Source: a virus (lineage: Duplodnaviria > Caudoviricetes). Taken from it: DNA of 64,000 bases. The position numbers were made by a program, and so were the translations under genes. This document shows, piece by piece, positions 45,545-52,941 of the stretch. The DNA lies in the IMG/VR virus record IMGVR_UViG_3300048893_000042, positions 13,382 through 77,381 of that record. One strand, 5' to 3'. The notes under the pieces are model-generated. The model worked only from the letters and a program-made list of their open reading frames with translations. It did no database searches and was not told where the DNA came from. Position 1 is the first letter of the stretch; every line of letters starts with the position of its first letter.

Positions 45545-46512
45545 CGTCCAATCCTCCTCACTGCCTGGCCGCCGCCGACCTGGCCATCCAGGCTGATGCG
45601 GCTGCCCACGTCGCTGCCCGCCCGGTAGGCGGAGCGGTCGATGCTGTCGTCACTGCGGCGGCCACCGCCACGGTTGTAGCGCCAGCCGTTCGTCTTCCAC
45701 CACCGCTCGTCCGCCTCCTTGCGCTGACGCTCCTGCTCGGCAGCCTCCTCAGGGTGCTCGGAAGCCCAGCGTGTGTGGGCCTCGCGCTCCAGCCGGCGTT
45801 GCTCAGCGAACCTGGCTCTCTGGGCACGCTGCTCGGCACTCCATCCCTCGCCATAGAGGAAGTCGTTGTTGGCATCCTCCTCCAGCTGCTGGACATCGGC
45901 GATGGTCAGGGCGCGCGACGTGGATGCGCCGGTCGTGTCCACCTGCCGGGCCTCGGCAAGCTTCTGCTGCCGGCGCTCGGCCAGGCGTTCGACCAGCCTG
46001 TCGGCCATGCCAGCCCGGAAGGACATCGCCCAGTTCGAGTACCGCAGGTTGTTGTTCCACTCCTGGAGGCCTGAGATGGCCTCAACCATCGCCCGCTCGA
46101 CAGCCTCCTCCAGGTAGAAGGCCATGTGCTGGGTGGCGGTCGTGTTGACCACCCTGCCGACCAGCCGGTGTCGCTTCTGCTTGAGGCGCTTCTCACGGGT
46201 GCCACCCCAGTCGCGGTCTGCGACCGTCTTCCACTCGGTGACGTCCTGGGTCCAGTACATGCAGAAGTGCAGCTCGGCCACTGAGCGCCAGAGCTGGCGC
46301 TGCCACTTGTAGAAGCCGCCACGCACCCGCGCATCCTCGCGCTTGCCGTCCTGGCCGCTGTTCCGTTCGACCTCAGCCGTGGTCAGGTTCCACTCGTCCA
46401 TCAGCTCCTGGGCCTTGGCCGCTGCCACTGATGCTTCGTTCTCGTTCGGGCTGTCCGCCAGGTTCAGCAGCTTCTGTATCCTCGCCAGTATCGTGTCAGG
46501 TGCGTCAGCCAT
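45541..46512 (-). CDS. DUF2786-domain protein
   Basis: ILARIQKLLNLA.SPNENEASVAAAKAQELMDEWNL. Confidence 0.85.
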   Translation of the reverse strand: MADAPDTILARIQKLLNLADSPNENEASVAAAKAQELMDEWNLTTAEVERNSGQDGKREDARVRGGFYKWQRQLWRSVAELHFCMYWTQDVTEWKTVADRDWGGTREKRLKQKRHRLVGRVVNTTATQHMAFYLEEAVERAMVEAISGLQEWNNNLRYSNWAMSFRAGMADRLVERLAERRQQKLAEARQVDTTGASTSRALTIADVQQLEEDANNDFLYGEGWSAEQRAQRARFAEQRRLEREAHTRWASEHPEEAAEQERQRKEADERWWKTNGWRYNRGGGRRSDDSIDRSAYRAGSDVGSRISLDGQVGGGQAVRRIGR

Positions 46513-46572
46513 GGTTCACTCCTCCAAGCAAAGTGGACGGCGGCACAGGCCACCGTCCACGGGGCAGGTCAG

Positions 46573-46983
46573 TCAGGCAGCAGCATCGTCCATGGCGCTG
46601 TCCGCCTCGTCAATGGCGTCCAGCACCTCGCCGATGGTGTCCTCGAAGCCATCGGCCAGGGGGTCGATGTCGTTGAGGGCATCGCGGGCCTCGCCGATCT
46701 TCTCGGCAGCCGTTTCCAGGTTGTCCGCAGCCTGCTGAGCGTTCTCGCCGCGTTCGCTGCCCTGGAGCGCTTCGGGCATGTTGTCGTAGTATTCCTGCTC
46801 CTCGTCCTTGAGGCTGTCCACCTCGCTGGCGATGTTGTCGAGGCCCGCGTCACCGAGTTCGTCCACGGCAGCCTTCAGGGCCTCGCCCTCCAGCTCACCG
46901 TCCCGGATGGCCTCGATGGCGGCCTTGGCCTCGCCCAGCGCCTTCTGCTGGGCCGCGATGTCCTTCCTGCGCTTCTGGTTCAT
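46573..46983 (-). CDS. Acidic helical phage protein
   Basis: MNQKRRKDI...EEQEYYDNMPEALQGSERGE. Confidence 0.8.
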   Translation of the reverse strand: MNQKRRKDIAAQQKALGEAKAAIEAIRDGELEGEALKAAVDELGDAGLDNIASEVDSLKDEEQEYYDNMPEALQGSERGENAQQAADNLETAAEKIGEARDALNDIDPLADGFEDTIGEVLDAIDEADSAMDDAAA

Positions 46984-47050
46984 GTCACTCTCCTGCAGCG
47001 TGAGTGCTGCCCACTGCCCACCTCACGGATGGGCAGACGGCACCGCTCAC

Positions 47051-47302
47051 CTAGTCGTTGATGATCAGCAGGCCTGCGATGATGTTGCGGGCCTCGCTCC
47101 TGTAACGCCAGCCAGCCACATCCTCGCCACTGGCGTCCATCTCCACGTGGCTGTAGGTGAAGTGGTGCTCAGCGCCGCTGGCGGCACGCACCACCACCTC
47201 ATCCGGCGGGAACTCCACGGCACAGATGCCCAGGTCACTGGCCTCGGCAACGTACCATCCCTCAGAGGTGAGGGTGAACTGGTCTGCGCGGTACTCAGCC
47301 AT
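47051..47302 (-). CDS. Hypothetical protein
   Basis: AEASDLG...EDVAGWRY. Confidence 0.7.
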   Translation of the reverse strand: MAEYRADQFTLTSEGWYVAEASDLGICAVEFPPDEVVVRAASGAEHHFTYSHVEMDASGEDVAGWRYRSEARNIIAGLLIIND

Positions 47303-47765
47303 GCATCATCTCCCAGCAGTCGGGTCCGATCCCCCGGTCAATGCTCTCCGGGTGGGTCAGCTCGCGGCCACATCGGCCGCAGTGGTTGTGGTGCCTGACC
47401 TCCAGGCAAGGGGCCAGCTCACCGCCCTCCAGGTGTTCCCAGAAGTAGGTCCAGGCCCGCACCGCGAAGCTGGAGGCGGTCAGCCGGCTGGACTTCGTGA
47501 GGCGGAATCGGGGGAACAGGTCACCATCCATCACACCCATGTAGGTGTACTGGTCTCCATCGGTCAGCACCTTGACGAACCAGCGGTCCTGCGGCTCACC
47601 CGCGTCGTCGGTGGCCCGGTCCACCCGGTAGGTGTAGTGTGAGCCGGTGCGCTGGCTGCGCAGCGTCAGGGTGGCGTGCCCGGCGAGGGCATACTGCCGC
47701 ACCTCGCCGGGGTCGGTCATGAGGTGGCCGTCGATCCGCTCGGCCAGTTCCGTCAGTGCTCCCAT
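47295..47765 (-). CDS. DUF6011-domain protein
   Basis: C-terminal CGRCGRELTHPESIDRGIGPDC. Confidence 0.8.
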   Translation of the reverse strand: MGALTELAERIDGHLMTDPGEVRQYALAGHATLTLRSQRTGSHYTYRVDRATDDAGEPQDRWFVKVLTDGDQYTYMGVMDGDLFPRFRLTKSSRLTASSFAVRAWTYFWEHLEGGELAPCLEVRHHNHCGRCGRELTHPESIDRGIGPDCWEMMHG

Positions 47766-47775
47766 CTGGGCCTCC

Positions 47776-48000
47776 TCAGCTCAGCACAACGGCGGTCTGC
47801 CGTTCGTCGCGGTCACCATCCTCAGGGTCCGTGACCTTGGGCATGCGGTGGTACGCACTCCAGACCACCTGCTGCACCTCAACCTGCTCTACCTTGGGGG
47901 CCACGGTCGTGTGCCAGTGGTCACCGTAGTTGTAGCTGAAGTGGACCTCAGCATCCGGGTCCATCAGGCCCAGCTCTTCGATCAGCTCACTTACCTTCAT
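47776..48000 (-). CDS. Hypothetical protein
   Basis: GGAGG RBS; MKVSELIEELGLMDPDAEV. Confidence 0.75.
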   Translation of the reverse strand: MKVSELIEELGLMDPDAEVHFSYNYGDHWHTTVAPKVEQVEVQQVVWSAYHRMPKVTDPEDGDRDERQTAVVLS

Positions 48001-48068
48001 GTCATCCTCCGTTCTCAGCTCAGTGCTGACCGCTGGACCGGCGTGCCGGCCCAGACGTCAGAACTCAG

Positions 48069-48197
48069 TCAGTCGTCATCGTGCTCTCTGTTCGACAGTG
48101 TGCGAACGAACACGCTGACGAACCCACAGCTGGTGGAGTAGCACCGGAAGAGGAACCGATGCCCCCACTCATTCTCGGTGGTGAGGTAGTAGCTCAT
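48069..48197 (-). CDS. 42-aa hypothetical protein (not in ORF track)
   Basis: ATGA coupling; MSYYLTTENEWGHRFLFRC... Confidence 0.55.
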   Translation of the reverse strand: MSYYLTTENEWGHRFLFRCYSTSCGFVSVFVRTLSNREHDDD

Positions 48198-48409
48198 GCC
48201 GCATCCTCCTGGTGGCAGTCCACGAACACGTCCACCCAGTCGCGGGCTTCGAGGATGTTGTCACCCTGCCAGCCCATGCTCATGTCGTGGAGGTGGACGA
48301 AGACCGCCAGCCCACCGAAGCGGGTCAGGGTCGCAATGATCAGGAAGCCTGACCGCTCCTCGCGGTGGACCTGCCGGACCAGCTTCACGTCGTGGGTCAT
48401 CGTCAGCAC
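48194..48409 (-). CDS. Hypothetical protein
   Basis: 71 aa, coupled. Confidence 0.6.
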   Translation of the reverse strand: MLTMTHDVKLVRQVHREERSGFLIIATLTRFGGLAVFVHLHDMSMGWQGDNILEARDWVDVFVDCHQEDAA

Positions 48410-48612
48410 TCCTCAATGATGTCGTGGACCGCATCGAGTGCGGTGTGGAAGGGCAGTTCCATCAGGGTGGATCGCACCCACTGCCATGCGCTGCTGAGCG
48501 GGTCGTGCCCGTTCACCAGCCGGCTCCTGAAGTAGTCCACCTGGACCCCGTGTCGGTCTTCGGTGACCACCGCGCGGCGCTTGCCGTCACTCGACAGGAT
48601 CGTGATGCTCAT
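48403..48612 (-). CDS. Hypothetical protein
   Basis: Part of ORF 48403-48672; ATG 48612. Confidence 0.6.
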   Translation of the reverse strand: MSITILSSDGKRRAVVTEDRHGVQVDYFRSRLVNGHDPLSSAWQWVRSTLMELPFHTALDAVHDIIEEC

Positions 48613-48724
48613 TGTTCCGCTCCTGCAGTCGGGTGAAGAAGCCTGGGTGCTCAACCGCAGCCAGGTCGGCATCCGTGCGCTCGCGCACCCGGTCCGCCTC
48701 GATCAGCTTGTCAATTGGGTTCAT
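48587..48724 (-). CDS. 45-aa hypothetical protein
   Basis: AGGAGG RBS; MNPIDKLIEADR. Confidence 0.55.
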   Translation of the reverse strand: MNPIDKLIEADRVRERTDADLAAVEHPGFFTRLQERNNEHHDPVE

Positions 48725-48959
48725 CGCTCGCCTCCTTGTAGTCGGGTTCGATGTTGACCTCCTCGCGGGCCCAGGTCCACTCGGCCATGTGACCCTCGGC
48801 ATCGAACCGCATCTCGTGGAGCTGGTGGCTGCTTGGGTCGAAGAGCAGCACCGTCACACCGTCGTCCAGGTGGCAGATCAGGGTGCCCGGCTCTGCGCCC
48901 GCGAAGGCGTACCAGTCCTGCCGGGTCATCTCGTGGAACTCGTGTCCAAGAACCTTCAT
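48711..48959 (-). CDS. Hypothetical protein
   Basis: GGAGG RBS; TGATG coupling. Confidence 0.65.
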   Translation of the reverse strand: MKVLGHEFHEMTRQDWYAFAGAEPGTLICHLDDGVTVLLFDPSSHQLHEMRFDAEGHMAEWTWAREEVNIEPDYKEASDEPN

Positions 48960-49141
48960 CACTTCCTCCACGCTGGGTGCGCTTCGCTGAGGCACCAGGT
49001 CGGCACCCCGGGTCTCATATCAACCAGGGCCCAGAAGGCCTTCGCCGCTTCGGCCTGGTCGTCATAGTCGCGGCTGACCTTGGTCAGCGTCTGGGTGAGC
49101 GCTGACTGCTGTCCGCGCTGACCTTCGATTGCCCACTTCAT
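48959..49141 (-). CDS. Hypothetical protein
   Basis: ATGA coupling; 60 aa. Confidence 0.6.
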   Translation of the reverse strand: MKWAIEGQRGQQSALTQTLTKVSRDYDDQAEAAKAFWALVDMRPGVPTWCLSEAHPAWRK

Positions 49142-49296
49142 TGCTTCACCTCGATCACGGTGATGTTCGGCTTGTTCTGGTCCCGATGGGTGTACATCCG
49201 GCTGCGTCCATCATAGAAGGACACAACGTAGCCCTCAGACCGCAGTTCCTGGTCTGTCTTGACCAGGTCGGTGGTTTCGATCCGCTTGGTTCTCAC
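49138..49296 (-). CDS. 52-aa hypothetical protein
   Basis: AAGGAGAG RBS then GTG 49296. Confidence 0.65.
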   Translation of the reverse strand: MRTKRIETTDLVKTDQELRSEGYVVSFYDGRSRMYTHRDQNKPNITVIEVKQ

Positions 49297-49319
49297 GGTG
49301 CTCTCCTTGGTTGGCTTGC

Positions 49320-49670
49320 CGCAGCGCCGGTGGCCGGCGCTCGGGCAAGACAACGAGGCCCGCCGGGTGGCGGGCCTGTCGTCTTATATCTCAGTTGTCA
49401 TCCCCGGCTGGGCCGGGCTGCGCCGGGATCGACCCGGTTGCGCGGTAGACGGGGTGTGACCCGTGGCCCCACTTTTGGAGGGTGGCGGCCTGGCGCTCGC
49501 ATAACCCGTTATCCGCAGCCCGTTAGTACGGGGGGCCACTTCGTGGCGGGTGGGGGTTTTAGCTTTGCGGTGAATTCCGCCAGCGCTCCGGTTCCAGGCC
49601 GGTTCAACGAAGCGGACCATACCCGGGTGGTTGATGAAGGTCAACCTCGAAGTTGAGGTTTCCTCACCCA
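49320..49670 (-). ncRNA. Candidate structured leader/ncRNA (dense hairpin array)
   Basis: About ten short stems in 350 bp, no RBS-led ORF; strand inferred from flanking genes. Confidence 0.4.
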
Positions 49671-49683
49671 ATCAGTTTGATTT

Positions 49684-49893
49684 TTATCCATCACCAGCGT
49701 CGTCCTCCCGCGAGCTATCTCCCGCGAAGGAGGCCCGCTCCAGCTGCTCGGCGACACGCCGGAGCTCGGCGGACCACTCCACCAGATGGCGCCGGGTGAC
49801 GTGCCGCTTGACGATGGCGAGGCTCATGGCACCCACGACACGGGCCACCCTGCGGTGCCACCCTTCGACCTGCGATCCGAGGCCTTGGCTCAA
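49684..49893 (-). CDS. First gene of the leftward block (69 aa)
   Basis: TTG 6 nt after the GGAGG of regulatory copy B. Confidence 0.55.
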   Translation of the reverse strand: MSQGLGSQVEGWHRRVARVVGAMSLAIVKRHVTRRHLVEWSAELRRVAEQLERASFAGDSSREDDAGDG

Positions 49894-49899
49894 AGAGTG

Positions 49900-50017
49900 C
49901 CTCCGGTGCCGGAGGAGCAAAGTTCCATCAGATGATGCACTATCCTGCAGGTGAAGTTGGTTCCCTGTAATACTTGGGGTTATTCAGTAATGACCCTCAA
50001 GTAATGGGAAGCACTGG
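49900..50017 (-). promoter_or_regulatory. 118-bp conserved regulatory element, copy B
   Basis: Inverted ungapped homologue of 32283-32400. Confidence 0.8.
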
Positions 50018-50114
50018 TGAGAGGAGTGGCCCAATCCTCAAGTGCTCGATGCCCATCACTTGAGGCCCTCGGTCCCCCGCACCCAGTCTACTTGAGCGAG
50101 CACTTGATGAATAC

Positions 50115-52298
50115 TCAGGCCGGTGACTTCTTCTTCCGGTCACGCATCGTCTTGTTGAACCCACGTGCATCCGCCCGGCGCTTCTCCTCAGGCATGGCCG
50201 CCGGCTCGGACACTCGGACCTCGGTCACCGCGAGGCCCGCCCTGATCTCCTCGAACTGTGCGTCCGTCACCGGCCCATACGGCACCTTGGCCGTCTTGTC
50301 ACCGTCGATCTTGCGGGTGGCCACACCCCAGGTTGACCCCAACTCACAGTCCACCTTCATCGGCACAGACAGCTGGACCACATCACGCATCAGCTCAGAG
50401 GCTCGCCGGGCCTCGCCCAGGCTCTGGAAGCTGAACCCCAGCTCATCGTGCATCTGGATGCGGGGCACCAGACCCTCGCGCCAGCAGGCCCGCATTGCCA
50501 GCTTGGTCTGCCGGGCGGCGGACCCCTGGATCAGCCGGTTCATCGCCTTGTGCCCCCAGGCCCGCTTCAGCCGGCGCTCCTTGCCCCAGTGTTCCTGAGC
50601 GCTCGCCAGGGGTCGTGGTGTGACATAGGATTCGTCGCGCTCGCGCCAGGCCGGCTCCCAGAAGTCGAAGTGCGACCGGGCACCGTCCAGCAGGCGTATG
50701 TACCCCCGCTTCTCTGCCACGTTCTGGCACACCTTCGCCGCCTCCTTGACGAACGGCAGCTCACGGTCATACTGCGCATATATCTCAGCCGCTCGCTCGA
50801 CCGACTGCCCGATCATCTGAGCGAACTTGGGGATGCCCGCCCCGAAGGCCTTCGCGAAGTTGGTGTCCTTCGCCGGCTTGCGCTCCAGGCTGGTCCACTC
50901 GCTCACCAGGATGTGGAAGTCAGTGTCGGGGTTGTCGATGTACAGCCGCACCGCCTCCTCTGCCCGCCCACACTTGAGTAGGTAGGCGAAGTGAACGATG
51001 AGCCTGTACTCCTGCTGGCTGTAGTCACAGGCACCCCAGACCTGGCCGGGCTCAGGCAGGAACAGACCCCGGATGATCTCCGCCAGCTCACCGTCGCGGG
51101 CGGGCATCTGCTGGAGCGGGGGGTCAGAGTAGCTGAACCTGTGCGAGCGAGTGCCACCCTCCTCGCCACGGAACTGGTTGATGCCGGCGTGGATGCGGCC
51201 TCGGTGGGTGGTGTAGTCCAGGATGAAGCCCTGGATGAACTTCTGGGCAGCCTCCTCCAGCTGCTCGGCCTTGGCCACCATGGATGGAAGCCAGTGGGAG
51301 TGCCGCCGCATCCACGAGGCCTGGAACGACGGCTGGCCATCCGGGTGGCCCCGGGTCGGTGCCGTCATGGGCATCGTCTCACGGGTGAACACACCCTGGT
51401 CCAGGTGCCACTCCACCAGCACCCGTGGCGAGCGGCACTGCTCTATCGTGACGTTCGGAACACCCAGCCGCCGGGCCAGCTCGGCGAGGACCTCGTCCCT
51501 CCGCTGGCGGAGGTTCGCCTTTGCCTGGATCGCTCCGTCCACGTCCACCCGGATGCCGTCGCGGCGCATCTGGAGGACCATCGGCATGATATCCATCTCC
51601 AGCTGGTATGCTGGACCGAGCTCCTGCCGCTCAACCTCCTCCGCCAGGTCGTCCCTCAGGGCCAGGGTGGACACTGCGTCCTGCTCGGCATAGGGTCCGA
51701 TGTACCTGGCTGGCATCTTGTGCATATTGGCCTTGACATTGCTGAAGCCATAGGCCGCAGCCGCCTCACGCAGCTTGTCCTCATCCTTGCCCGGGATGCC
51801 GCGCCACCGGCACAGGTCATCGAGCCGGTAGCTGAGCCGGTTCTCATCCACCAGGGCTGCCATGCCCTCGGTGTCATCAATGTGCTCGGGCACCGGGATA
51901 CCCCACTCAGTACCCATCCAGCCCCAGTCGTGCGAGCCGTGGTGCGTGACGAACCGAACGCCGGCCTTGGCGTGGTCACTCACCCACTGGGCAACCACAT
52001 CCGGGTCCATGCATTCGGTGTCGGGGTGCCGCACCGGGGCATAGAACGATCCACCCGGCCACGCCACTGAGACCCCGCACAGGAAGCCCCCACCGAATGG
52101 CCAGCTAGAGCCGGTGCCCGCACCCAGTCCATCGTCCTTGCCCTCGGTGTCGATGGCCACTGTGGGCACCCGGCGCAGGTCGGGCAGGCTGGTCGGTGCC
52201 ACCCACTCAGACGGTGGGGTGATGAGGGGCAGCTGCTCACCCCCCACGTGTGGGTCCTTCTGCGGCCTGTACCTCGCATTCACCAGTCCGCCGGCCAT
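50115..52298 (-). CDS. polA: DNA polymerase family A with 3'-5' exonuclease
   Basis: Exo VAIDTEG/YAEQD; motif A CDYSQQEYR; motif B RKPAKDTNFAKAFG; motif C QMHDEL. Confidence 0.95.
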   Translation of the reverse strand: MAGGLVNARYRPQKDPHVGGEQLPLITPPSEWVAPTSLPDLRRVPTVAIDTEGKDDGLGAGTGSSWPFGGGFLCGVSVAWPGGSFYAPVRHPDTECMDPDVVAQWVSDHAKAGVRFVTHHGSHDWGWMGTEWGIPVPEHIDDTEGMAALVDENRLSYRLDDLCRWRGIPGKDEDKLREAAAAYGFSNVKANMHKMPARYIGPYAEQDAVSTLALRDDLAEEVERQELGPAYQLEMDIMPMVLQMRRDGIRVDVDGAIQAKANLRQRRDEVLAELARRLGVPNVTIEQCRSPRVLVEWHLDQGVFTRETMPMTAPTRGHPDGQPSFQASWMRRHSHWLPSMVAKAEQLEEAAQKFIQGFILDYTTHRGRIHAGINQFRGEEGGTRSHRFSYSDPPLQQMPARDGELAEIIRGLFLPEPGQVWGACDYSQQEYRLIVHFAYLLKCGRAEEAVRLYIDNPDTDFHILVSEWTSLERKPAKDTNFAKAFGAGIPKFAQMIGQSVERAAEIYAQYDRELPFVKEAAKVCQNVAEKRGYIRLLDGARSHFDFWEPAWRERDESYVTPRPLASAQEHWGKERRLKRAWGHKAMNRLIQGSAARQTKLAMRACWREGLVPRIQMHDELGFSFQSLGEARRASELMRDVVQLSVPMKVDCELGSTWGVATRKIDGDKTAKVPYGPVTDAQFEEIRAGLAVTEVRVSEPAAMPEEKRRADARGFNKTMRDRKKKSPA

Positions 52299-52301
52299 GA
52301 T

Positions 52302-52859
52302 TCAGGCCCGGTCGGTGCCGTCGTGCCCTGGCTCGGCGCCAGGCTCCCAGTCGCCGGTCTGGTGACGTGGGACCAGGCGCTCGGTGGTGATGAACTGCCG
52401 GGGGTCGTCCGGGTTCTTGATCACGATCTTCGGATTGACCACCTTCCCCGCTGCGATCATCTCAGCCTCGACCAGCAGCAGGTAGCGCCGCAGGTCGCGC
52501 ACCTCAGCGAGTACCGACCCGTCCTCACCCCCGGGCTTCTCGGCGATCTTGGCGAAGATGTCCTCCGACACCAGGGCACCCCTGATCCAGGCCATGGTGG
52601 CCTCGCTCAGGCGGAACTCACGAACTCCTGCGACCTCGCTGGGAGCGAAGTTGTGGACCGCTTCCTGCAGGTCAGATGCGGGCCTGCTCAGCATCGTGAT
52701 CATGCGGTCCATCTTGCGGCGCAGCATGAACCATGCCGACCTGCCGCCGGCCAGCTTCCAGCTCGCTCCATAGCTGCGGTCCTTCTCCAGGACGAACCTC
52801 ACGTCTTCGTCGGCCACCGCCTGGAGGTAGTCGTGGTGCCGGTACAGGTCGCTGCTCAT
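52302..52859 (-). CDS. DUF1599/Nmad1-like all-alpha nucleotide pyrophosphatase
   Basis: EKDRSYGASW...WFMLRRKMDR and EVRDLRRYLLLVEAE. Confidence 0.7.
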   Translation of the reverse strand: MSSDLYRHHDYLQAVADEDVRFVLEKDRSYGASWKLAGGRSAWFMLRRKMDRMITMLSRPASDLQEAVHNFAPSEVAGVREFRLSEATMAWIRGALVSEDIFAKIAEKPGGEDGSVLAEVRDLRRYLLLVEAEMIAAGKVVNPKIVIKNPDDPRQFITTERLVPRHQTGDWEPGAEPGHDGTDRA

Positions 52860-52941
52860 CTCGCATCACCTCTGCCATGGTCCTGTGTTCAGTGAAGGCC
52901 CAGAGGTCACCGGGCCTCACGTCACGTGCTGCTGTCGCAGT

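Noticed and set aside
49384-49671. 95-aa ORF over the hairpin tract
   Set aside because: TTG start without RBS, low-complexity product; region better explained as structured non-coding
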